The notes under the pieces: model-generated | The model's input: only the letters and a program-made list of their open reading frames with translations | Databases searched by the model: none | Told to the model about the DNA's origin: nothing | Made by a program: the position numbers and the translations under genes | Assembly: GCA_044220955.1 (NCBI GenBank) | Contig: JBGAQA010000005.1 | Coordinates: 9,897-73,896, forward strand | Direction: 5' to 3' | DNA length: 64,000 nt | Source of the DNA: Sandaracinaceae bacterium | GTDB lineage: Bacteria; Myxococcota_A; Polyangia; Polyangiales; Sandaracinaceae | Shown here: piece by piece, positions 24,708 through 33,652 of the stretch | How the letters are laid out: every line of letters starts with the position of its first letter | Position numbering within the stretch: position 1 is the stretch's first letter

Positions 24708-27364
24708 GCACGCTCTCGTGTGAGCAGATCCGGGAGCGCCTCGCGGACGGCGACGAGGACGAGGCGCTGCACGCACACGCCCGCTCGTGCCCGGACTGTG
24801 CGCCGGTCCTCGCGGCGCTCTCCGAGATCGACGCAGAGCTGGCGGCGCTGCCCCCGATCGACGCGCCCGACGCGCTGGTGGTTTCGACGCTCGCGCAGGT
24901 CCAGGCGCCGGACGACGCAGCGAGCCCTGCGAGCGTGGGCACGCCGTCGCTGCTCGCCGCGGCGTTCGCGATGCTCACGACCGCGGTCGGCGCACTGCTC
25001 ACGGCACCTCTCGTGGCGCTGCGCTGGCTCCTCGGCGTCGGAAGCGCGCGCGCGGCGAGCGGCTCGCTCGAGGACCGGGGCAAGACACCGACGCGCCCGG
25101 TCGGCTGGCTCACGCCGACGCTCGCGCTCGGCTCGGTGCTCATCGGGATCGTCGGGCTCGCGACGTTCAGCACGCTCGGCGCGACGGTGAAGACGAAGGT
25201 GCGCGGCGCCGAGGCCGTGGTGAACGGGCTGCCCACGACCAGCACCGACGACGAGGCGGAGGAGGCGACGGGGGAGCGCGACGATGGACGCGGATGGTTC
25301 GAGCTCAACATGGACAGGCCCAACGCACCGGAGCCCGCGCCTGCCGCCGCAGCGACCGACTGGGCCGGGCGGCCCTCGAGCGCGACGCCGACGCAAGACG
25401 TGGCGCTCGACCTCCAGCAGGCCGAGCAGCTCGACCTGCCCGCGGCCGGCGATCGGGTGACGACCCAGTCGACCACGCTCGCGTGGGCAGAGCACGAGGA
25501 GGACCGCGAGCGCGGCGAGGCCGGAGGCGACATCACCCGCGAGCTCGCCGGAGGCGTGCCGGGTCCCACCTCGGGCGACACGACGGTCGAGGGTGAGCTC
25601 GGCCTCGAGGTGAACGGCCGCTTCCGCACGCTCGGCCCGGAGGGCCCGAGCTCGGCTCCCACGCGCACTCCTGCCCCGGACCTGGGCGCGCAGGGCCTGC
25701 TCGGTGGAGGCCGCGACCAGACGGCCGACGGCGACGACGACGGGATCGTGCGCGACGGCATGGACGTCGACGAGCTCACCGAGACCCTGGCGGCGCCTTC
25801 GTTCATCCCGCCCACGCCCGCCTACTGGGAGCTCGCGCAGGCGACGAGCGGCCTCACGTTCGCGTCGAGCCAGAGCTGGTGGGCCAACACGTACGTGCCC
25901 GGCGACGCGCGGCTGCGCGTGCTGCACGCGCGCCTGGCGGCCTCGCCCTCGCCGCTCGCCGGCGGTGCGCTGAGCGCGCTCGCCCTGGCCGAGACGGCGA
26001 CCCCGACGATCCCCGCCGTCGCTGCGCCGACGGATCGAGCCCTCGCGATCGGTGTGCACGCGGACACGACGGCGATCGAGGGCCCGACTCGCGTGCGGAT
26101 GGAGATCGCGCTCCGGGCGATCGATCAGGCCGCCGGACGTCGCGGCGCGCTGCGCATCGCGATCGTGGTCGACGCGCGCTCCGGCCTCGGGACGGAGGAG
26201 AGCGCCCACCTGCGCGCCTTGCTCGCGTCGCTCTCGCGCTCGCTCTCGCCCCGTGATCGCGTCGTGCTCACGGCGGCGGGCACGGGCGGCGGCACGCTCG
26301 TCCCGCTCGGCGTCCTGCGCCACGGACAGGTGGAGGTCGCGCTCCGCCACCTCGCTGCGCCCGCGGCTGTCGATGGCACCACGATCTCGCTCGAGGACGC
26401 GCTCGGCGCCGGCCTCGAAGCGGTGGCGGTGGACGACGACGGCGCGGGCCTCGCGCTGCTCGTGACACCCGACGGCAGCCACGACGCGGGCGTCGATCAG
26501 GCGCTGCACCTCGGCGCGGTCGCGGGTGTCCCGACCACCGCGGTCGGCATCGGAACGGCCGCGAGCACCGCGAGCCTCGACGCCATCGCGCTGGCCGGCG
26601 AGGGGCGCCGCCGTGTGGTGCTCTCGGACGACGACGCGACGCGCGCCGTGCGTGAAGAGGTCAGCGCCGCCTCGCGCCTCGTCGCCCGCGCGCTGCGCGT
26701 CCGCATCCGCCTCGCGGACGGCGTGCAGCTCGTGGACGTGGTCGGCTCGCACGCGCTCGACGCCGAGGAGACGCGCCGCACCCGCGAGAGCGAGCGCGCG
26801 ATCGACCAGGAGCTCGCGCGGCGCCTCGGCATCGGCCAGGACCGCGACGAGGACGACAGCGGCGTGCGCGTCCTCGTGCCCTCGTTCTACGCGGGCGACT
26901 CGCACACCATCGTCCTCGACCTGCTCGTGTCGCGCCCCGGCCCCGTCGCCGACGTGGACGTGCGCTTCAAGGATCTCGTGCGCCTCGGTAACGGCACCGC
27001 GTCTTCGGCGCTCGCGCTCGAGGCCGGCACGGCGCCGCGCGGCCCGCACGAGCTCCGCGTCGTCGCGAGCTTCGTCGGCCACGAGGTCGCGGGCGCGCTC
27101 GACGAGGCCGCCGATCGCATCGAGGCGGGCGATGTCGCGGGTGCGCGTGCCCGCCTCGCCGAGGTCCGCGCGCTCATCGACCAAGCTCGCGCGAGCGTCG
27201 AGGGTCTGGGCTCGGTGAGCTCGATCCGCACCGACGCGACGCTCCTCGATCGCTTCCTCGCGGCGATCGACACCGCGAGCGACCGAGGCCTGGTCGCGAG
27301 CTCGCTCCACTACGCGGCCGCGCGCCGCATCGTGATCCCACAGCTGCAGGCCTCCGTTCCGTAA
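24704..27364 (+). CDS. Zinc-finger (ZAS) anti-sigma factor fused to a degenerate VWA domain
   Basis: ATGA overlap with the sigma gene; HARSCPDC (HxxxCxxC); TM segments; VWA-like LRIAIVVDARSG...TTAVGIG...LDAIALAGEG. Confidence 0.75.
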   Translation: MSTLSCEQIRERLADGDEDEALHAHARSCPDCAPVLAALSEIDAELAALPPIDAPDALVVSTLAQVQAPDDAASPASVGTPSLLAAAFAMLTTAVGALLTAPLVALRWLLGVGSARAASGSLEDRGKTPTRPVGWLTPTLALGSVLIGIVGLATFSTLGATVKTKVRGAEAVVNGLPTTSTDDEAEEATGERDDGRGWFELNMDRPNAPEPAPAAAATDWAGRPSSATPTQDVALDLQQAEQLDLPAAGDRVTTQSTTLAWAEHEEDRERGEAGGDITRELAGGVPGPTSGDTTVEGELGLEVNGRFRTLGPEGPSSAPTRTPAPDLGAQGLLGGGRDQTADGDDDGIVRDGMDVDELTETLAAPSFIPPTPAYWELAQATSGLTFASSQSWWANTYVPGDARLRVLHARLAASPSPLAGGALSALALAETATPTIPAVAAPTDRALAIGVHADTTAIEGPTRVRMEIALRAIDQAAGRRGALRIAIVVDARSGLGTEESAHLRALLASLSRSLSPRDRVVLTAAGTGGGTLVPLGVLRHGQVEVALRHLAAPAAVDGTTISLEDALGAGLEAVAVDDDGAGLALLVTPDGSHDAGVDQALHLGAVAGVPTTAVGIGTAASTASLDAIALAGEGRRRVVLSDDDATRAVREEVSAASRLVARALRVRIRLADGVQLVDVVGSHALDAEETRRTRESERAIDQELARRLGIGQDRDEDDSGVRVLVPSFYAGDSHTIVLDLLVSRPGPVADVDVRFKDLVRLGNGTASSALALEAGTAPRGPHELRVVASFVGHEVAGALDEAADRIEAGDVAGARARLAEVRALIDQARASVEGLGSVSSIRTDATLLDRFLAAIDTASDRGLVASSLHYAAARRIVIPQLQASVP

Positions 27365-27383
27365 TCGCTCGAAGGAGAAGGTC

Positions 27384-30300
27384 ATGAAGAAGACGACGAC
27401 GTGGGCCCTGAGGGCCCTCGCGATGGCGACGTGCGCCCTCGCGTTCCCGATCCCGACCCACGCGCAGACCGAGGGCAGCGTGCAGGTGCCGCTCGGCGAG
27501 TGGCAGCGCATGACGAGCGGCGGTGCGCGCCCGATCCCGCCTGCCGCGCTCGGCGTCGCGAACGTGAGCGTCGACGTGCGCGACGAGGGCGGCCGCGTGG
27601 TCGCGACGGCGACCGCCACGCTCACGGTGCGCGCGAGCCAGGACGGCGCCGCGGCCGTGCTGCTCCCGCCGGGCACGGCGATCGAGTCGGCGACGGTGGA
27701 CGGCGAGGAGATCGCGCTCGTCGCGACGCCGGAGGGCCTCGCGTGGATCGCCGACGGCCCGGGCCCACACCGCGTGTCACTGACCTACGACGTCGAGGGC
27801 GCGCGCTCCGAGCAGGGCGCGTCGGTCGCGCTGCCGCTGCCGCCGGCGCCGTCCGTGCGCGTGCACGCGTCGCTCCCGCCCGAGGCGAGCGACGCCGCGA
27901 TCGTTCCCGCCGTCGGCGTGCGCAGCACCCACGTCGGCGACGCTGCCACGCTGGACGCCACCGTCCCGGGTGGCGGCGCGACGCAGCTCGCGTGGCGCGC
28001 GCTCGGCGCGGCCGAGACCGCGGCGCCCAGCCGCGCGACCTACCACGGCGTGCTCTCGCTCTCGGGCACGAGCGAGGACGCGGTGCGCTTCGACGTCACG
28101 CTCGACGTCGACCTCGGCTCGGACGCGCCCGTGCCGATCACGCTCTTCCCCACCGACGTCGCGCTCGGCAGCGTGACGGTCGACGACGCCGACGCGCCCA
28201 TCCGCGTCGTGGACGATCACTTCGCCGCCATCGTGTCCGGCCACGGACGCCACACGATCCGCGCCTCGATCGAGATCCCGATCGACGCGTCCTCGGGCCT
28301 GCCCGCGGCCGACATCATGATCCCCGAGGTGCCCGTCTCGCGCTTCGAGATCGAGCTCCCGCCGGGCAAGGATCTGCGCGTGTCGCCGACGGTCGCGGTC
28401 TCCCACGAGCACGCTCGCACCGGCGATCTCGCGGTCTTCCACGTGCCGCTCACCGACACCGTGCACCTCGAGTGGCCCGAGGCGCTGCCCGACGAGGCAG
28501 CCGGCACCGAGCCAGGCGAGGTCGAGGTGCGTGCGAGCGCGACCCTCGTGCACGTGCTCCGCGCGGAGGAGGGCCTTCTCCGCGGGCGCGTGCACGCGGG
28601 CTGGGACGTGGCGCACGGCGCGACCTCGCGCTTCGAGCTCTCGATCCCGGCCGGCGTCGACGTGAGCGCCGTGAACGTGGACGTGGCCACGGTCGCCGAC
28701 TGGCGCGTGAGCGAGCCCCACGGCGCGGACGCGCGCACGCTCTCCGTCTTCCTCGACCGCGAGGTCTCCGGCCCCGTGGCGATGACGATCGACTTCGACG
28801 TGCTGCGCACCGAGACGGCGAGCGCGACGCCGGCGCCCTTCGACGTTCCGCTGCTCTCGGCGAGCGGCGTGTGGCGCCAGACCGGCATGCTCGCGATGCT
28901 CGCGACGCACGACCTCGTGCTCGAGCCGGGCGAGAGCGGCGACGCCGCGCGCGTCGGCGAGAACCAGCTGCCGCCCGAGGTGCGCTCGGAGATCGACGCC
29001 ACGGTCGCGCACGTGTTCCGCTGGACGGACGCACCGCCGCACGTGACGGCCGCGATCCACCCGCGCCCGCACGAGGACGGCCGCTTCGACGTGCGCGTCG
29101 ACACCCTCGTGACGCTGGGCGACGTCACCACCACCGCGAGCGCCGCGTTCGACGTGCACGTGAAGTCGGGCACGCTGACCGAGCTCTCCATCGCGCTCCC
29201 GGACGGCGCGAGCGTGCTCGAGGTCTCGGCGCCCTCGCTCCGCGAGCACCGCGTGGAGGACGCCGAGGGCCACCCCGTCGTGCACCTCTGGTTCACGCAG
29301 GAGATGGAGGGCGACCTGCGCGTCGAGCTGCGCTGGGAGCGCATGGGCGCCGCGGGCGAGACCGACGTGAGCGCGCCGATCGCGCACGTCGAGGGCGCCG
29401 ACGTCGAGCAGGGACGCGTCGCGATCGAGGCGACCGCCGCGGTGGAGGTCTCGGCGCGCGACGCGCAGGGCCTCTCTCCGATGGACGTGGGCGAGCTGCC
29501 CGAGGATCTCGTGCTCCGCAGCGCGAGCCCGATCCTGCTCGCGTTCCGCTACGCCCACGCGACGCCGGCGCCCTCGCTCGCGCTCGCGGTCGCGCGCCAC
29601 ACGGAGCTGACGCTGCGCGACGCGTCGATCGACGAGGCGAGCTACCGGACGCTGGTGACCGACGACGGGCTCGCGGTGACGACCGTCTCGTGGACGGTGC
29701 GCAACCTCGGCCTGCAGTTCCTCCGCATCGCGCTGCCGTCCGGCGCCGACGTGTGGGCCGCGCGCGTGAACGGGCGCACCGAGACGCCCGCGCTGGCGAG
29801 CGAGGCCGACGCGAGCGCGCCCGAGATCCTGCTGACCGTGCCGCGCTCGGCCGAGCCCTTCCTGGTCGAGCTCACCTTCGCGACGCCGGTCGCCCGCGTG
29901 GGCCTGCTCGGCCGCCTCTCGATCGAGCTGCCGCGCCCCGACCTGCTCGTCTCGCACGCGAGCTGGGAGGTGAACCTGCCCGCCGACGCGCGCTGGTCCT
30001 CGCCCCAGAGCGACCTCGCGCTGGCCGATCAGGGCCTCTACTCGGCGGCCTCGGGCGGCTACGAGAGCTTCGTGCCCGCGACCAGCGGGGCCGGCCCCGT
30101 GGTGCGCGTCCCGAGCGAGACGATGCGCTTCGTGTTCGACGACGTGCTCGTCGGCGAGTCGGGCGGCGCCGTCGGCGCGTCGTTCCCCTACGCGTCGGGC
30201 TGGGGCGTCGCCATCGGCTGGCTGCTGGGCCTGCTCGGCGCGCTCGCCGCGTGGCTCGGCGTGCTCGGCCTCTTCATGGCGCGCGCCGGTGTGGTGGTCG

Positions 30301-30650
30301 TGCCGGAGGGCGGTCCCTTCGAGCTCGCGACCTACCGCTTCGCGAACGCCGCGCGCCACGTCGCGGTCACGCGCAAGGGCCTGGGCGGCCTCGCGATGGT
30401 CGGGCTCGGCGGCCTCGCCGTGGCCTTCTTCGCCGTCGGCTGGCTCGGCGCGAGCCCGCTCGGTCCGATCGCGGCGAGCCTCGTGGTCTTCGCGGGCCTG
30501 CTCGTGTCGCTCCGCAAGCGGATCCTCGCGCAGCTCTCGGCCCTGAAGGCGCGGCTCGTGCCGGCGCAGAGCGCGCTCGTCACGGCCGCGCCGGTGGGGG
30601 TCGAGGCGGGGAACGGCCTAGCCGGCGAGACCACGCACGACGGGCAGTGA
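27384..30650 (+). CDS. Large exported membrane-anchored protein with repeated beta-rich modules, function unknown
   Basis: GAAGGAG RBS, signal peptide ending THA, repeated LP.G..V..V.V.G-type modules, C-terminal TM helices. Confidence 0.8.
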   Translation: MKKTTTWALRALAMATCALAFPIPTHAQTEGSVQVPLGEWQRMTSGGARPIPPAALGVANVSVDVRDEGGRVVATATATLTVRASQDGAAAVLLPPGTAIESATVDGEEIALVATPEGLAWIADGPGPHRVSLTYDVEGARSEQGASVALPLPPAPSVRVHASLPPEASDAAIVPAVGVRSTHVGDAATLDATVPGGGATQLAWRALGAAETAAPSRATYHGVLSLSGTSEDAVRFDVTLDVDLGSDAPVPITLFPTDVALGSVTVDDADAPIRVVDDHFAAIVSGHGRHTIRASIEIPIDASSGLPAADIMIPEVPVSRFEIELPPGKDLRVSPTVAVSHEHARTGDLAVFHVPLTDTVHLEWPEALPDEAAGTEPGEVEVRASATLVHVLRAEEGLLRGRVHAGWDVAHGATSRFELSIPAGVDVSAVNVDVATVADWRVSEPHGADARTLSVFLDREVSGPVAMTIDFDVLRTETASATPAPFDVPLLSASGVWRQTGMLAMLATHDLVLEPGESGDAARVGENQLPPEVRSEIDATVAHVFRWTDAPPHVTAAIHPRPHEDGRFDVRVDTLVTLGDVTTTASAAFDVHVKSGTLTELSIALPDGASVLEVSAPSLREHRVEDAEGHPVVHLWFTQEMEGDLRVELRWERMGAAGETDVSAPIAHVEGADVEQGRVAIEATAAVEVSARDAQGLSPMDVGELPEDLVLRSASPILLAFRYAHATPAPSLALAVARHTELTLRDASIDEASYRTLVTDDGLAVTTVSWTVRNLGLQFLRIALPSGADVWAARVNGRTETPALASEADASAPEILLTVPRSAEPFLVELTFATPVARVGLLGRLSIELPRPDLLVSHASWEVNLPADARWSSPQSDLALADQGLYSAASGGYESFVPATSGAGPVVRVPSETMRFVFDDVLVGESGGAVGASFPYASGWGVAIGWLLGLLGALAAWLGVLGLFMARAGVVVVPEGGPFELATYRFANAARHVAVTRKGLGGLAMVGLGGLAVAFFAVGWLGASPLGPIAASLVVFAGLLVSLRKRILAQLSALKARLVPAQSALVTAAPVGVEAGNGLAGETTHDGQ

Positions 30651-30708
30651 TCGCCGCGGATTGGAGGAGCGGCCGCCGAACGGTCCTCGGTGGCCGCTCG
30701 CGTGTGCG

Positions 30709-30981
30709 TCAGGGAGCGACGAACGGCGCCGCGTCGGCGGCGGAGCCGGTGACGTCACGCCACTCGTAGGTCGCGCCGGTATTCACGTGCTGATACATCA
30801 GGCTTTCGCCGCAGCTCTCGAGGCGGACCTGCCGCGACAGCCGATTGCCGTCGTCGCCGATGATGCGGATCTCGTCCTCGGGGCAGCCGCGCTGAAGGGC
30901 CACGTGACGGCGGAGGTCCGCTTGCCAGGAGTAGCCACAGCCGCACACGGCCAGCACGGTAGCGATGAGTGCCGGCCGCAT
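30709..30981 (-). CDS. Small putative lipoprotein
   Basis: MRPALIATVLAVCGC signal peptide/lipobox. Confidence 0.65.
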   Translation of the reverse strand: MRPALIATVLAVCGCGYSWQADLRRHVALQRGCPEDEIRIIGDDGNRLSRQVRLESCGESLMYQHVNTGATYEWRDVTGSAADAAPFVAP

Positions 30982-31205
30982 CAGCGGAACGAAGCCCGCT
31001 GACAGAGTGGACCCTCCGGCCCGTTCACGCAGCGAACGACGTGGTGCTCATCCTCGATGACCCAGGCCACGTCGACATCGACGCCTTCTTGAGTGTGGAG
31101 TGTCGCGACGACGGGCGAGCCGAACGAGTGGGTGCAGCCGACGATACCTCCGCACGCAACGGCGAACACGATGCCGATGAGCGCACGGATCACGGGGACA
31201 CCCAT
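30981..31205 (-). CDS. Small putative lipoprotein
   Basis: Hydrophobic N-terminus ending IVGC; paired C-terminal Cys; stop overlaps the next start. Confidence 0.55.
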   Translation of the reverse strand: MGVPVIRALIGIVFAVACGGIVGCTHSFGSPVVATLHTQEGVDVDVAWVIEDEHHVVRCVNGPEGPLCQRASFR

Positions 31206-31751
31206 GAGCTCGTGACGTCGTACGCGCAGATCGTCCCGTCAGGGTTCGTGATCTGCAGGTATCCGAAGACGGCGGTGTCGCTTGCGTTCTGCGCGCTCAC
31301 CCCGATGCCACTTCCATCCGGGCATGCGGCTGCGGCACTCGCGATACAAGTCGGCAGGCTCGCCGGTGTCATGTTGCACGTACATCCCGCGGCACAGTCG
31401 AGCGCCACGAGGTTCTTTAGACTGGTGCTCCAAGCACTGACCGGATCCGGCGAGGGGCCGCCCGTGCTCGTGGTCGTGCCGCTGTTGATAGAGAACGTCG
31501 AAGTCCACGTGCCCGAGAGGACGCTGCAGCTCAGCACGGTCGCGGCGTCACTGCCGGGCATGCCCGCATCGTTGCCGACGCACATGCACGTGCCGAAAGT
31601 CGTCCCGCCCGCGTTGCAGACCTGCGAACCGCTGCTCGTCCCGCAGAGGCACGACTGGGTGCCGCCGGGCGTGCACACCCGCTGTTCGGGCGAACTCGAG
31701 CACGCGACGACGAGTAGCGCGCCCCCCCAACCCCACGATCCACCGTTCCAT
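31190..31751 (-). pseudogene. Cys-rich lipoprotein, frameshifted at a G7 run in the signal peptide
   Basis: ATG 31751 with AAGGA RBS; removing one G at 31722-31728 gives MERWIVGLGGALLVVAC-SSSPEQRVCTPGGTQSCLC... open to 31190. Confidence 0.7.
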
Positions 31752-31849
31752 GTCTTGGGTCCTTGCTTACGAAGTGTCTGACGATCAGACGACAACACGG
31801 ACAATAGATCAGTGTTGTTTGGGTCGAGGCGGGGCTTGGCTCGTCGCAG

Positions 31850-32167
31850 ATGCCCCGACGCACCCGCGCTCACGACGACGACGCGCTGCGGGAGCAGGAC
31901 ATCGCCATCGTCGTGGCGCGACTCTCGCCGAACGCGAGGAAGCTGCGCATCGCGGCGGGTCTCACGCAGGAGCGGCTCGCGGAGCGAGCCGGCATCGACG
32001 CCAGCTACGCACAGCGCCTCGAACGGGGCGCGCCAGTGAACGTGACGATCGCCATCGTCGGCGCGCTCGCGCGCGCACTCGACGCCGACGTGTCGAAGCT
32101 GCTCCGCGTGGCTCGTCCGGCCGTCCGCAGCGCAGGTCGCCCGCGAGCGCCGCGCAGGTCGCGGTAG
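31850..32167 (+). CDS. XRE-family helix-turn-helix regulator
   Basis: RKLRIAAGLTQERLAERAGIDASYAQRLERG. Confidence 0.88.
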   Translation: MPRRTRAHDDDALREQDIAIVVARLSPNARKLRIAAGLTQERLAERAGIDASYAQRLERGAPVNVTIAIVGALARALDADVSKLLRVARPAVRSAGRPRAPRRSR

Positions 32168-32188
32168 AGCATCGCACGGGCCCATGCG

Positions 32189-32245
32189 GGACGAATTCAC
32201 GGACGCGAACGGGACGAATTCACCGAATGCGATGGACGAATTCAC
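32189..32245. repeat. Three direct repeats of GGACGAATTCAC upstream of the ATPase gene
   Basis: Copies at 32189-32200, 32212-32223 and 32234-32245. Confidence 0.9.
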
Positions 32246-32267
32246 GGATCTGCCATAGACCATTCCG

Positions 32268-33545
32268 GTGAGTTCGGCTGCGAACCTGGATCGGCACCTC
32301 TCCTCTCCCATCGGCGAGGCGCTTCGCTCGGAGCCCGTCGTCGTGGTCACCGGAGCGCGTCAGGTCGGCAAGACGACGCTCGTCCGGGCGCTCGCGCAAG
32401 AGCTCGGAGGCACCTACCTCACGCTCGACGACCCGGAGATCCTCGTGAGCGCGCGGGCAGATCCCACGTCCGTGCTCCGGGGAGCGCGCGAGCCCATCGT
32501 CATCGACGAGTTCCAGCGCGTGCCGGAGATCCTGCTGGCCACGAAGGCGCTCGTGGACCGGAACCGGAGGCCTGGTCGCGTGATCCTGACGGGCTCGACC
32601 CGGTTCATGTCACTGCCGCAGCTCTCGGAGACGCTCGCCGGCCGCGCCGCGATCCTCGAGCTCTGGCCGTTCTCCGTCGGCGAGACCCTGGGGGTCCGGG
32701 AGACCTTCGTGGACGACCTGCTCGCGGGCACCGCGCTCCTCGAAGGCTCGACCGATCACGACGAGGTGGACGCCCTCGCGCTCGCATGTCGGGGCGGCTT
32801 CCCGGTCATCCGATGGCGCTCGCCGCGAGCCGCCGCGCGCTGGTGGGACGGCTACGTCACGACCGTGACCCAACGTGACGTGCTCGAGCTCTCGCGCATT
32901 CGTCGCGCCACGGATCTGCGCCGCGTGCTCCAGCTCGCGGCAGCACGCACGGCCACCGTCCTCAACGTCAGCGCGCTCGCGAGCGACGCGGGCGGTCTCT
33001 CCGTCACGACCACGACCGACGACCTCACGCTCCTCGAGTCCGTGTACCTGATCCATCGCGTGCCGGCGTGGTCCACGAATCTCTCGGCGAAGGTCGCGCG
33101 CACGCCGAAGCTCCACGTCACCGACACCGGGCTCTCGGCGTTCTTGATGGGGCTCGACGCGCGAGGGGCGCAGGCGCGGCGAGCGGCGGCAGCCGGGCCG
33201 CTGATCGAGACGTTCGTGGTCAACGAGCTGAAGAAGCAGATCGGTTGGTCCAGCGAGGCGCCCGCGCTCCATCACTTTCGCGATCGCAGCGGCGCGGAGG
33301 TCGACGCGATCCTCGAGACGCGCGACGGGCGCGTGGCCGCAGTCGAGGTGAAGGCCGGCACGCGGGTGGACGCGGCGGATCTGCGCGGGCTCGAACTACT
33401 CCGCGACCGGCTCGGCGACAGGTTCGTGCAGGGGGTCGTCCTGTTCGGCGGTACGCACGCGCAGTCGCGCGGCGATCGGGTCAGCGTCCTGCCCATGCGT
33501 CGTCTCTGGGGTGCGTCGCCGCGCAAGCGCCGCGCGCGCCCGTGA
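32268..33545 (+). CDS. AAA+ ATPase with DUF4143/restriction-endonuclease-like C-terminus
   Basis: GARQVGKT, IDEFQRVP, ETLAGR, RTPKLHVTDTG, EVD...AVEVK. Confidence 0.9.
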   Translation: MSSAANLDRHLSSPIGEALRSEPVVVVTGARQVGKTTLVRALAQELGGTYLTLDDPEILVSARADPTSVLRGAREPIVIDEFQRVPEILLATKALVDRNRRPGRVILTGSTRFMSLPQLSETLAGRAAILELWPFSVGETLGVRETFVDDLLAGTALLEGSTDHDEVDALALACRGGFPVIRWRSPRAAARWWDGYVTTVTQRDVLELSRIRRATDLRRVLQLAAARTATVLNVSALASDAGGLSVTTTTDDLTLLESVYLIHRVPAWSTNLSAKVARTPKLHVTDTGLSAFLMGLDARGAQARRAAAAGPLIETFVVNELKKQIGWSSEAPALHHFRDRSGAEVDAILETRDGRVAAVEVKAGTRVDAADLRGLELLRDRLGDRFVQGVVLFGGTHAQSRGDRVSVLPMRRLWGASPRKRRARP

Positions 33546-33652
33546 CGACGGCGCGGCGCGTCGAGTCGCCCTCCGCCGAGCCAACCGGCCCCGTTCTGCC
33601 CACCGTCGACACGCCACCGGCGCAGCCCTGATTATCCCGTAGACTGGGGCGC

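Noticed and set aside
25120..25225. Flp pilin-like segment in the ZAS-VWA protein (GLATFSTLGATVKTKV)
   Set aside because: Short resemblance only, with no prepilin cleavage or EY motif; explained as an ordinary TM helix.
32189..32245. Possible mini-CRISPR array
   Set aside because: Repeats are only 12 bp with 10-11 bp spacers, and no cas genes are present.
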